Assembly: GCA_049999805.1 (NCBI GenBank)
Contig: JBNGIO010006293.1
Location: 351,102-407,057, forward strand
DNA from: Folioceros fuciformis
Taxonomy: Eukaryota
Reading direction: 5' to 3'
Length of the DNA: 55,956 nt
Shown here: positions 12,257 through 24,088 of the stretch, piece after piece
Position numbering within the stretch: the stretch's first letter is position 1
Layout of the letters: each line of letters opens with the position of its first letter
Position numbers and translations under genes: made by a program
The notes under the pieces: generated by a model
Database searches by the model: none
Seen by the model: only the letters and a program-made list of their open reading frames with translations
Told to the model about the DNA's origin: nothing

Positions 12257-14556
12257 TCACCCAACGTTAACTGAAGCCTCCGCCTCCGATGCAGTCTCGG
12301 GATCCAGCTTCGGGAAGTGCACTGCCTCGTATGAATGCTCTTCCTTTATGTTAGGAGATATGTCTGCCAGTGACGATGGGTCGAGGAGTGGCACGTACGC
12401 CTCTTTCTTCATTTCAAGAAAGAGCTCACCTAACCTTGCATATATACCTTTACTCTCAGGATGATTCGTATCGCCAACCAGAAAGCCATGCACTAGTCCG
12501 TCCATGTCAGTCCACCAGCTCTGACCTGGCTGCTTCCATGCCCCGGATCTCATTCTCCTGGCCTGCATCTCTTGAGCCTGCTCCCACATGTGGGCATCAG
12601 TGTATATGCTCGACATCAATACATATACTGCTGCATCTTTCGGGTCCAGCTTCACTGCTTCGTCGAAAGCATGGCGTCCCACCTCCACATTGCTCCACTT
12701 CCGACAGGCGCCCAACAGAGTGTGCCAAACTTCAGCGTTAGGCGGGACAGGCATTGTCCATACCAAAGCTAGTGCCTCCTCTAGTTGGCCCGCACGCCCC
12801 AGGAGATCCACCATGCATGTGTAGTGCTCCACAGTGGGAGTGATGCCATATTGTCTGCTCATGGCCTCGAAGTACTCTTGCCCATCGTGCACTAGACCTG
12901 TGTGACTGCAAACTGTTAGTAGTCGAAGGAATGTGATACCGGCTGGCTGTATGTAATCCTCTCTCATTCTGTGAAACAAATCGAAGACCAATTTGCTTTC
13001 CCCTTGACGGGCGTAGCCTGAGATGAGAGCATTCCATGCAACGTTGTCCCTCTCAGGCATGGCCTCAAACACGTGCTGTGCGTCAACCATGCTCCCAGAC
13101 TTTCCATACATGTTGATCAAACTGCCGGATATTAGCACATCAGTTTGCAGCCCTTGGTCTTTGATCTGTGCATGAAGCTGCCTACCCACATGCAAAGCTG
13201 CCATGTTTGCACATGCTTGTAGTAGGCACACAAATGTCACAGTATCTGCTGCAATGATGCCTTCTTCTTGCATAGCCCTGTAAAGACCAAGGGCTTCCTG
13301 CCCCATACCCTGCTGGGAATATCCTGATATCATGGCATTCCAGGTCACCACAGTTCTTTCACGAAGTTCATCAAATAGACCCCGAGCATCCTGTAAGCTG
13401 CCACACTTGGCATACATATTTACCAGACTGTTGGCCACAAACACATCAGCTTGAAGCCCTCGTTCCCCAATCTGTGCATGAAGCTGCTTGCCACTCTCCA
13501 GAGCTGAGGCCCCCACACTTGCACAAGCCTGTAGGAGGCACACAAACGTCACAGTATCAAGTGGAACAACTCCGTCTTCTTGCATAACCCTGTAAAGCTC
13601 AAGGGCTTCCTGCCCCATACCCTGCTGGGAGTATCCAGCTATCATGGCATTCCACGTCACCACATTCTTTTCACTAAGTCCGTCAAACACGGTCTGGGCG
13701 TCATCAAGGCTGTTACACTTTGCATACATGTTCACTAAACTGCTGGCTACAAACAAATCACCTTGAAGTCCTTGTTGTCTAATCTGAACATGAAGCTGCT
13801 TTCCCGTTTCCAAAGCCGCGGTGCCCAAACTTGCACATGCATGCAAGAGGCACACAAATGTCACACAATCTGGTGTAAGGATGCCTTCTTCCTGCATAGA
13901 CATATAGAGACTAAGAGCTTCTTGCCCCATACCGTGCTGGGAATATCCTGCTATTATAGCATTCCACGTTACCACATTCTTTTCACCAAGACCATCAAAC
14001 ACACCTCGTGCGGCCTCTAGGCTGCCGCACTTAGCGTACATGTTTACAAGGCTGTTGGCTACAAACAAATCAGCCTGCAGTCCTCGTCTCCTAGTTTCGG
14101 CATGAAGCTGCTTCCCCTTTTCCAGAGCCGGGGTGCCTGCACTTGCACAGGCCTGCAGGAGGGACACAAATGTCACCGAATTGGGTCCAGCAGTGCCGTC
14201 TTGTTTCATAGCAGTGAGCAGTGAAAGGCCCTCCGGTAACATGCCTTTCTGGCAATACCCTGCTATCAACGCATTCCATGTCACCACGTTTTTCTCACCA
14301 AGACCATCAAATAGGGCCTGCGCATTCTCTAGGGCACCACACTTGGCATACATGTTCACCAAGTTGTTGGCTACAAACAAATCAGCCTGCAGCCCCCGTT
14401 TTCCAATTTCAGCATGAATCTGCTGACCCATCTGCAAAGCTGGGGTACCCACACTTGCACATGCCTGCAGGGCGGACACAAATGTCCCAGAATTGAGTGT
14501 TATGGTGCCTTCGGCTTGCATAGCCCTGTAAAGATGTAGGGCTTCTTGCCCCATGC
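12257..14556 (-). CDS. PLS-class PPR protein, E+ with WW-type PG box and truncated DYW domain (5' end lost in gap)
   Basis: About five near-identical P-L-S triplets, P2L2S2, E1/E2, WKQPGQSWWTDMDG, then YVPLLD..KEEH and a stop before the HxE motif. Confidence 0.9.
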
Positions 14557-14656
14557 NNNNNNNNNNNNNNNNNNNNNNNNNNNNNNNNNNNNNNNNNNNN
14601 NNNNNNNNNNNNNNNNNNNNNNNNNNNNNNNNNNNNNNNNNNNNNNNNNNNNNNNN
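14557..14656. other. Assembly gap (100 N)
   Basis: Run of exactly 100 N. Confidence 0.99.
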
Positions 14657-15574
14657 TTCCCCAGCTTCCTTCCTCTCCAGTCCTATGCTACCCTCTCCTC
14701 TCCTCCGCAGCCCGCCTCGCAGCCATGTCCATAAAGACAACACACAAACGCAAATCAGGAGCGGCTCTTGCATCCGCCCGCCTCCTGGGGCTCCCGCAAC
14801 AGACCCCCACAACCACAAGCAAACCAGAAAGCAGAAACTGGCATCAGAGCCTCCAAGATTGCAGCATGCGGAAAGCGCAAGCAGATTGCAAACAGAAACA
14901 CGAAATCAGGCACACCCGGCGGCCGGGGCAAGCCTGGACTCACTTCGAGACGAGAAAACGCACGCGAATCACGCACCTGCGGCGTTTCGGCAGGGGGCGG
15001 GATCCCGGGCGCGAGGTGCAGATTCCGGGGACGCGAAGCGCAGCAGCGGAGGCTGGCTTGCTCGCTGCTTTGCGCTCAGCAACACAGAGGCGAAGGCAAA
15101 GGCGGAGGGCGACGCAAACCCTCGGCGAGCGTTGGCTTACCAAGTGCTGCCGGGCCGGCCTGTGGCATGGGCGAGGCCGGCGAAACCCGGGCGATATCCC
15201 GGCGAATACCATCCCCCAAATATCCCCGAACCGCTTCGCCCGGCCGCACGGAACGGGGGGCGGGACTGCCAGGATTTCAAACCCACCATGGCTCTTGCCG
15301 TTTCATTCGCCTCCTGCACCCGGTACGATTCTGGGCCTGGCCCCGCGCCCCTGCCACCTGTCCTCTCCAATGGCCTCCAGCAGATTCGCCACGCCCTGGT
15401 GGCACCCGCGGCGTAACTGCCAAAACTCTTCGCGCCTTTTTCTTTGGAGGGAAAGATCTGTATCGCCCTGATTTGCGTTCACCCGGGTACGGTACCGTGG
15501 GCTGACATGCGTCCGTGTTTATTATCACCCGTGTCTGCTTTCATTTCTGTTGCGCCACCGGGACCGGAGGCCCC

Positions 15575-15650
15575 GGTTCCACAACGGAACGGAACGGAAC
15601 AAAACGGAAACGAATCGAACAGAACGGAACGTAATAAAACGGAACGGGAA
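15575..15650. repeat. ACGGA(A) micro-repeat cluster in a GC-rich segment
   Basis: ACGGAACGGAACGGAAC...AACGGAAACG...AACGGAACG. Confidence 0.7.
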
Positions 15651-15846
15651 GCCCCACGACGCTCACGTACCGTGTCCCGCACTGTCGTGGATTCCCTTCA
15701 CATGCCGCCCGGCGGCTCCTCTCTTTCCCACACCATCTCCCCGCCCACCTTACATTACCCCTCCCGTTTGCAAGGACGTGAGAAACACAGATGAATGAAA
15801 AATTTAGTTCTCACAAGTCTTGATTCAAAGATGGTTCAGCCCGTAG

Positions 15847-16125
15847 TTCTAGACAAGACTTCATCAAACCTTGTGCTCGGTTGCAAGAGATGGAAGAACT
15901 TCACATCTCCTTTGAGAAGGAAGTGTCCAGAAAAAAATCATCCATGAGCTCTGTATATGTTTGCTTCACGACAGAACATTCTGCCATTCTAGACAAGACT
16001 TCATCAAACCCTGTGCTCGGTTGCAAGAGATGGAAGAACTTCACATCTCCTTTGAGAAGGAAGTGTCGAGAAAGAAATCATCCATGAGCTCTATATATGT
16101 GTGATTCAGGACAGAACATTCTGCC
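15847..16125. repeat. 140-bp tandem duplication
   Basis: TTCTAGACAAGACTTCATCAAACC... at 15847 and 15987, near-identical over about 140 bp. Confidence 0.95.
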
Positions 16126-17031
16126 TTCCTTCAAAGACGATCATCTTCGTAAGAGTGGCATCTGTGTACACATTTCTGCACTTGTGTCCCGTCGTAAGGC
16201 CGACATAGCTTGCGGTGTACCGTGCCCTTCAAGGCACGCTGGGCCTTTCTGATCCAGGAAGAGATCTGCCTCCCACTCTCGCACTCTGTGTTGGAATGTT
16301 GAATCGTAAAATGGAATAGGCGAGAGAACTGGAGGTCTAGGGACACGGAACGGTGTGCGGCGAAAGCGGCGATACTGGGATTTCGCCAGGTTCACGCACA
16401 TCCAGGGAGGTTGGCACGGCCGCAAGCTCGCCCATGCGATGCGCGCCGCCAGCGGCATCGAGCATTCAAGCGGCCAGCTAAATCACGCCTTCTTGGCATT
16501 CAATTCCATCGGAGAGGTCGTAAAACAGATCGCCTTTCTCTCCGTCTTGAAAATCGTGCCAACCTCTGGTGAACGCAGGTTTACAATGGTAACCGGGCGA
16601 GTTTTCGTGCTCGATGCTTTTTACGTGTTTTCCGAGGCTGCATCGACGGCGTCGTAATAGCCCTTTGGAGGAAGTTTCCTGGCAATTTCAATCTGTTGGC
16701 AGAGGGATGCGTGTTCCCGGACCTGTGTTGAGCTGCGTAGGGATCTGAGGTGTTTCTGAGGTTGCGGATTGGCTGGGTTAGGAAAGCTGACAGGAGGAGG
16801 AGGATCAGTGAGTTTCCGGCGTGTTGGATGATGTGAATGTTGTTTGCTGGTTCGGAGATCTTCTGCATGACCTAATCCGAGCCGTCTTGGCCTGGTGAAT
16901 GCAACGTCGAGTTAGAAAATTTGAACGTCGGCCAGTTTCGGTGTGAGCAATTCGTGTGGGAGGCCGCTCGGATCTCTAGGAGGTTCACTAATGGTTCGGA
17001 TCTGAGTGAGATCATTTCGACTTCGACGGTT

Positions 17032-18409
17032 ATGGAGGAGCTCTGTGAGACCGAATTTGGTCTTAGACAGAAAGTCCAGAAGTTAGCCAAGTTCATCCGC
17101 GGTAGCAAGCATGTTGTGGTACGTCTCGGCGCTGGATACGGAGCTGTGTCAAGTGAGGTACGGTAATCAGATTTTCTAATTCCTGATCTGTTTTTGTGTA
17201 GGTGTATACCGGCGCTGGTTTATCCACTGCAGCCGGCATTCCAGATTTTCGGGGACCCTCTGGAGTGTGGACGTTGAGAGCGAAGGGCAAGAGTCTGCCT
17301 GAACCACAGCTGCAAAAGGTTGGCTGTTAATTCCGCTCTCCTACTCGCCATTCAGGGGAAGAGTGTCGGGTAGAAATTAGGAAGCGTGTGAGAGCTACCC
17401 TTGGTCACATCTTTGCTTACAGATGTGCCGTGTGGACCTATCCGTGCAGGTGTTACCTACTTTTAGCCACTTCGCCGTCAAAGCATTGTTGGATGCTGGT
17501 TATTGTCACCACGTAGTATCACAAAACATTGATGGACTTCACATCAAAAGTGGGGTTTCAACTGGAAATCTTAGTGAACTCCATGGGAATTACTCGTGTG
17601 AGACTTGCCAGGTCTGTCAGGCTACCTACTTTCGGGATTTTCCTGTTTGGACTGGCTTGACAGTCGCTGAACCTACTTCTGAATCAAACACAGCTAGCTC
17701 AGAACCTAATGCAAGCAGTTCGAAAAGAGTGAAGCGCCAGCCCAAGCAGCATGACCATAGAACTGGGAGAACATGTGAACGGACGGGCTGCCATGGGGAA
17801 CTCGTGGACACTGTTGTACTTTTTCACGAGGAAATCAATTCTGGGGTAAGTTTGGTCCGCCGTTCCACCCCCAACCGAGACACTCTTTCGTCATACAACT
17901 TTTGTTGATTCTTACAGTGTCGTTCGCAGGTCATGGAAGTAGCAATTCAACAGTCTGAGTTAGCTGACTTGGCAGTGGTATTGGGTTCCAGCCTGCAAGT
18001 AAGGCCTGCTTGTCAGCTGCCAGCCGACGTCCTTGCTAAAGGAGGGAAGCTTGTGATTGTGAACCTGCAACGTACACCTCTGGATGCCAGGGCATCTCTG
18101 GTATCAATTCAGTTTAACATTCAACCAGGGCCTGTGGGACTGGCATCTGCTGGTGTTTCCCGAGGTCGACTAACATCAGCGTGTGCTGCTTTCCAGGTCA
18201 TACATGCAAAATGCGATGAGGTGATGGGAAAATTGCTGGAGGAGCTGAAAGTCGACCCTCTCGGCACCAAGGGCACCCCAAGCTCAGTGCAGGTCGTTCC
18301 TTCCGAGTGTCCAGAACGCGCGGAAGATGAGTCTCCATCGGACATTGCCCAACGTGAATTTGAGAGAAGTTTCATGATACCAGTTTTACCGCAAAATGCC
18401 TTCAGTTAA
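17032..18409 (+). CDS. NAD-dependent protein deacylase, class IV sirtuin (SIRT6/SIRT7/SRT1-like), about 5 exons
   Basis: [41 protein letters not shown], zinc-finger CxxC..Cxxxx[25 protein letters not shown] introns 17119-17201 and about 17319-17449, 17846-17929, 18101-18196. Confidence 0.92.
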
Positions 18410-18537
18410 TTCAAGGTATTTTACATTTGAAAGTGGAACAAGGCCCGGTGGGTTCTTCTCGCGTTCACCCTGTGTCTACATTTTTTTCCACACTGTGTCT
18501 AAGGCGCTTTTCACTCTGGGAAACTGCCCTTTCCAAT

Positions 18538-18640
18538 TCACCGTTAGCTGAAAATTCTCCTTACGCTGGAAATTTACTGTTTGCTGAAAATTTTCAGTTT
18601 GCTCAAAATTCACCGTCTTCTGAAAATTCACTGTTTGCTT
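18538..18640. repeat. Degenerate 18-bp tandem repeat
   Basis: CTGTTTGCTGAAAATTCA-like unit, about 5-6 copies. Confidence 0.7.
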
Positions 18641-19255
18641 TACGCATGATGTTGGTACTTCAGACAACATGCGACCAGTCATCGTTTTTTTTTTGACTTA
18701 CATGCGGATGGATGTAGGATCGTGTATGGAAAAAGTGAGAGCATTCCACTAGGAAGCGTGCCTTCGTGCCCACCCATTGACACTAGTGCGCACTGCCCAT
18801 AGTGACTGCGTGATGGATGCACCCCGCAGCTGAGGTGGGACACAGCATCTCACAGGGAACACGCGAGCAGACAAAATACGACTGGAGGTCAGCATTGCGG
18901 ACATGGATCCATCATTTTCAAATGTCAAATTTCACAATTTCAGTACAGCATGTACTCGCACTCAGGCTTGTCTCTGCCTAACAGGTCTGTGTTGCGCATG
19001 CCACTTTTGAATATGGACACCCACATCCCACTCACGTTTGTCTCTGCCTATCTATGCCCGTTGTGCAGACCACTACCACAACCACAACCCTACTGCAAAA
19101 CACCAACGATTCATGGTACACACGATGCTGCGTTGGTCCCACAGCATCGCTACTGATACAACTGAAACAATTCCTGCTCCAGAAACTGACCCACCTTTTG
19201 CACTGCCAACTTGTCAATCTGCATCCACATGCACTTTGTGCTGTTCCGCCACCAT

Positions 19256-20984
19256 CTACTGTTGTCTCACTTCACCCCACTCATCATCGTTGTTTTCAGG
19301 CTGGATGTCGAATCCACTACCGTCACCGCGACCAGCCTCAGACGTAAGCTCCTCAACTCCGCCTGAGGAATCTCCTTGTTTCTCCGAGCTCTCTTTCTTC
19401 TCATTTCCCAGCAAGTTACTCCACAGCTTTTCAGTCTCCCTGAGAACATTCCCTACCGAGGCACTCACTTTATTCCCTTGATTCTGCAGCTTCTGCGCAA
19501 AATTCTCCTGCGAGTTGGGTTCACTCTCACCTCCCTTCTGCAGATCCCTGGACAGATTCTGTGCCTCCTGGATTATTTTACCTGAAGCCTCGCTAACCTG
19601 GACCCCCTGGTCTTGCATATGCTGGCCGGCTTCTAAAGCAGCGTTCTGAGCATCTTCCTGCACCTTCCTCCTCTGCTGATCAACGTCATGGGCTATCTGG
19701 TCTGCCTTCTCCGTCACATTCCTTGTCTGCGCCTGTAAGTCTTGGATTACTTTCTCCGCCGACTCTCCGATCATCTCTCCTCTATTTTGAGCGTGCTCCC
19801 CGATCTGCCTAGCAGTCTCCGTCACTTTTTCCCCCACAGCCCTTGCCCTGTTCTCGGCCTCCTTCAGCTTCTGCAAGATTTGCGACCTGGACCCCTCCGA
19901 CCCATCACCCTCCCTGACAGTTTTCTCCGCCCCCTGAAGCTCCTCCGTCAAGCTGGCCACCTCTCTCTGCACCGCCTCCACGGTCTCAGACAAACCTCCC
20001 CAACCTTTCTTCGCAATATCCGCGGCCTGGGCCCCCACCTCCCGCACTTCCTCCGCGGCCATCGACAACCCCTTGAGCCTCCTGTCGATCACTTCCTTCA
20101 CCGTCTCCAGCCCTTTCCTAGCATTTGTCCCCGACGCAATCACATTCTCAGCCGACCACCTCAGCCCCTCGATCCCGTCCTTGATGGTCTCCACTATCTC
20201 CGTCCCAATTTCCTGCACAGTGGGCAACTCCCCGTTCTCATCATCACTCTTTGCCCTCGCCAGCGGATTTTCCACCGTGTCCCACGGTTTCACGCCTGGG
20301 CCAGCCTTTCCCGGAAGCTCCACGTCCTGAAACCCGTGACTCCCATTGTGCACCATCCGGGACCCTTCCCTCTCCGCCTCCGCGGCTGCCACCTCCTCTG
20401 CCTTGATCTCGATGGCTTCCACACTATCTTGGAGCGGAGACTCTTTCGCCTTCTCCCTAGCGAAGCTATGGAGCTCGGGGGTAACTCCTCCCTCGGCGGC
20501 TTCATCCGAGGCTATGTTCCTCAGCGCGGAGGCGTCTCCTATCCCTCCCTCGCTCCCCGAGGCCACATCCCTCAAGGACACAGTCTCTCCCTCTCCCGGC
20601 GCCCCGATCCGCACAAACTCACCCTTCACGATCAAGCCCGCCACACCGCGCCTCCTTCCTCCCGCCATTCTTGTAATCCTTGCTTTCAGATCGACCCTGC
20701 TGCTCACCATCCATCCCGCCACCGAGCCTCGCCTCACACACGCCGCTTGCCCTGCAACAGCAGGATACGAGGACATTCTTTACCCCTGTTCTTTCCAAGG
20801 AAGAGCCATCTCTGCGCCTCCTCTTGCAGGCAAACAAAAGGACGTAAGATGTTGCGAGTGCACGGCAGGATGTCTTACCTGTGAGTGATTGGGAAAGCGG
20901 CATCGGCATGTCCTGCGCAGTCCTGTGTGCCGCCGCAGGTACCTTTCGAGCTGCCATGGCAGCTGATCCCAGAGCTGACGCCAT
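19256..20984 (-). CDS. LEA-like / apolipophorin-like hydrophilic helical protein with predicted organelle transit peptide, 2 exons
   Basis: Exon 1 20984-20879 (MASALGSAAMAARK..., 35 codons+1), intron GTAAGA...TTGCAG 20878-20752 in matching phase, exon 2 rich in E/Q/A/K amphipathic repeats (AAEEVREVGAQAADIAKKG). Confidence 0.75.
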
Positions 20985-22120
20985 GGATACTGCTCGACAC
21001 AGACCACTTTCAAGCGCAGATGCAAGCCACAATACCTTTCACAAGCACTGCCAGCTTTTACTTCCAAACAGCTCGCAGAAAGCTGCACGTATAGTCTGAA
21101 GCACCTGCAAGACACGTTCCCTACAACAGCGCGTAGATGCTCGCCAGGGCGTCGGCGAACAGAGGGATGGATTTATGAGGAAGAAGGAGCAGGCGGCTGC
21201 AAAGTGACCGGCCTGTTGCCACTTTGCAGCCGGCTGCTGGTAACAAGTGTCAGGGCCAAGTTGGTTACGCGGTGCATGCTGCCATGTGGCCTCTCAGATT
21301 TAGCTTTAACGTACTGTAGTTGAAGGACCTTGCTTTCCCAGTGCAAACGGGAGCACCTCGCCTTCCTTATGTAAACAGGTAGTCAAACTAGTTTAGACCC
21401 CGCGAATTGAATTCGTGCGTCGAGGGCCTCCCGTCGAGTACGAACATTGCTTACTGTTGTGCATAATAAACTCTCCACCTTAGTTGTCTTAAGCATCCCT
21501 CCCAGAAGAGCTCGGATGAGATCGGCATTTGCACCTCACGTTCAGCTCCATCGCCCTAGCACCACCTTGTCGCCCTAGCACCACCTTGTTGTCAAGGTGG
21601 CAAGTGAATGGAGACTTCTCATACGTGTATGCAGTGATGCAGAGGCGAAGACACCGCCATTTTGGAAACAAGATTATGGCCTCGTTGAACAGCGTGGAGA
21701 CGATGGAGGGGTCCTAGCGTTAGCAAAAAAGCAGTCATCTGAACACCTCTATGTGACCACGCCGTTTGCAGATCTCCAGATTTTGTGGTTGCCACTTGTC
21801 AGATTTACCGTACTGACGCTCATTTTGATAAGATTCACCCGTTTTTGCCTTTCCATCACCAACCTTCTTGGTATCTCCCAAGTCATTACAAAGTCCTGAT
21901 GAACGTCTTGGCTCGAAGCAAGTGCTGCACGGTGTATAGCAAGCCCTCCATCCAGAGAGGATGAGCCAGCATCATGGGTATCCGGAGCTTCGGGTTAGTT
22001 TTAGTCCCAAATTGCTCAGGGGGGGAGCAGCACGGATGGCTGGCTGGTATGGAAGTAGGGACTAAGAGGAGCAGGCTTGAGCAGAATTTATGATGGGTCA
22101 TGGTGGTAGGAGTCTGAGGC

Positions 22121-24088
22121 ATGGCCTACTTACTGCTAGGTTCTCTCCGAGACGTGGCGAGGTTTTGTGAGAAAGCACGGCTGGATGAGGCACTCAATGC
22201 TGCTCATTCCTTTCGGCAGGGCGGATTTGTGTTGCCCACGCATGTTCTGCAGTGTCTGCTGCAACGATGTACCAAAGGGAGGGAATTGGAAGTAGGGAGG
22301 AGGCTGCATTCGCTCATTGCTGAGAGGGGGTTCGACTCCTTGGTTTGGTGGGGCAACAAGCTGATTCGTCTCTTCGAGGTGTGTGGGAGTTTGCAGGAGG
22401 CGAATCAGGCGTTCCGGAGGATCTCCGAGCCTGATTCGAATGCTTGGCAAGCTATTATTCTGGCAAATTGCAGGCATGGAGCAGGGAAGCAGAGTATCAG
22501 GTTGTTCCAGGAGATGCAGCTTTCTAGGATTCAGCCGGACAACCATGTGTATGTTGCCGTGCTTAAAGCTTGTGCGAGCACGCGTTCCCTCGCAGATGGC
22601 AGGGCGATTCACGCCCAGATTGCAGAAGCTGGTTATGAGGATCATATCTTCGTTGGAAACACTCTTGTAGACATGTATGCAAAATGTGGTAGCCTGGAGG
22701 AGGCTCGCAGAGTCTTTGATGAGCTGCCGGAGAGAGACGTGGTGTCCTGGAATGCGTTGCTGGCAGGATTGGCTCAGCGGGGGCGAGGGGAGGAAGCTCT
22801 TTCACTTTTCCGGAGGATGCAACAGGAGGGAATGGAACCGGATTTGTTCACATTTTCGATTGTTCTCAAGGCCTGTGCAAGCATTGGAGGTTTGAAAGAT
22901 GGACGGCGGGTGCACATGCAACTCATGAACAGCGGCCTTGTGTCAAATGTTGTGATCGGGAATACCCTGGTTGATATGTATGCCAAATGCGGAAGCCTGG
23001 GTGAGGCAAGGGAGGTATTTGACAGCCTCCCTCAGAAAGATTTGTTCTCGTGGAATGCCATGGTTACTGGATATGCTAAGAGCGGGAGCTTCGAGGAAGC
23101 GTGGAGGCTCTTTGATCAGATGCCTGAAAGGAATGTCGTAACATGGTCTGCTATGATCGAAGAGTATGCTCAGTCTGGTCACGGGCAGGAAGCTCTCCAA
23201 CTCTTCGAAAAAATGCAGCAGGAAGGCATTAGGCCTAATAGGGTTACGTTCTTGGGTGCGCTCAAGGCTTGTAGCAGCATAGCAGCACTGCAACAGGGCC
23301 AGAAGATTCATACCATGCTTGTTAAAAGTGGGGTAGAGCTGGATGCAGTGCTTGGAAATACATTGTTGAGCATGTATTCCAAGTGTGGCAGCCTTGTTGA
23401 AGCCAGGGCAGTTTTTGACAGCCTGCCCAAGTCTGATCTCGTGACTTGGACGGCCATCATAGCCGCCTATGCCCACCATGGCCACGGACAGGACGCACTC
23501 CTACTTTTCCAGCAACTGCAGGCAGCAGGGATGAAACCTGATCACATAACATTTCTCTGTGTGCTCTCAGCATGTGGCCACGAGGGCCTTTTGGATGAGG
23601 GGTGTGCACTCTTTCAATCCATGTTCAAGAAATTTGGGATCAGTCCAGGGATGGAACATTATGCCTGCATGGTGGACCTGTTCTGCCGTGCTGGATATCT
23701 GGACAAGGCAGAGGATCTGATTAAGAACATGCCCTTGCAGCCAGATGTTGTAGTTTGGACCTCTGTGCTTGGAGCATGCCTTACCCATGGTAACATGAAG
23801 TTGGGTAGAACTGCCTTTGACGCTATCATCAACCTAGAGCCAGCTAATGCTGCAGCGTATGTGCTTATGTCTAACATCTATGAAGCGAGTGGAAATTGGG
23901 AAGGTCGAGCTGAGATTAGAGGCAAGATGCAAGCTGCAGGTGTGACGAAGACCCCAGGGAGAACGTGGATTGAGATTGACAATCAAGTTCATACTTTTCA
24001 GGTCGAAGACACAGACCATCCCCAACGCAAGGAAATCTTAGCACACTTGAAGCTACTTGGAGGGGCGACAGGGTGCGTAAACACTTGA
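22121..24088 (+). CDS. PLS-class PPR protein, E+ subclass (canonical PG box, no DYW), putative C-to-U editing specificity factor, 655 aa
   Basis: Intronless P/L/S repeats, E1/E2, KTPGRTWIEIDNQVHTF, HPQRKEI, then stop. Confidence 0.95.
   Translation: MAYLLLGSLRDVARFCEKARLDEALNAAHSFRQGGFVLPTHVLQCLLQRCTKGRELEVGRRLHSLIAERGFDSLVWWGNKLIRLFEVCGSLQEANQAFRRISEPDSNAWQAIILANCRHGAGKQSIRLFQEMQLSRIQPDNHVYVAVLKACASTRSLADGRAIHAQIAEAGYEDHIFVGNTLVDMYAKCGSLEEARRVFDELPERDVVSWNALLAGLAQRGRGEEALSLFRRMQQEGMEPDLFTFSIVLKACASIGGLKDGRRVHMQLMNSGLVSNVVIGNTLVDMYAKCGSLGEAREVFDSLPQKDLFSWNAMVTGYAKSGSFEEAWRLFDQMPERNVVTWSAMIEEYAQSGHGQEALQLFEKMQQEGIRPNRVTFLGALKACSSIAALQQGQKIHTMLVKSGVELDAVLGNTLLSMYSKCGSLVEARAVFDSLPKSDLVTWTAIIAAYAHHGHGQDALLLFQQLQAAGMKPDHITFLCVLSACGHEGLLDEGCALFQSMFKKFGISPGMEHYACMVDLFCRAGYLDKAEDLIKNMPLQPDVVVWTSVLGACLTHGNMKLGRTAFDAIINLEPANAAAYVLMSNIYEASGNWEGRAEIRGKMQAAGVTKTPGRTWIEIDNQVHTFQVEDTDHPQRKEILAHLKLLGGATGCVNT

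Noticed and set aside
14557-14818. N-terminal extension of the 853-aa PPR ORF (MWLWGSV...) and ORFs across 343-442
   Set aside because: These frames cross 100-N gaps of unknown true size; the joined sequences are unrelated
14553-15528. Overlapping 245-287 aa ORFs
   Set aside because: Expected from stop-poor GC-rich DNA; no domain or coding signature
19742-20888. Long plus-strand ORFs (380 and 180 aa), and likewise 55052-55756 and 38540-39439
   Set aside because: Antisense shadows of real genes or GC-rich tracts
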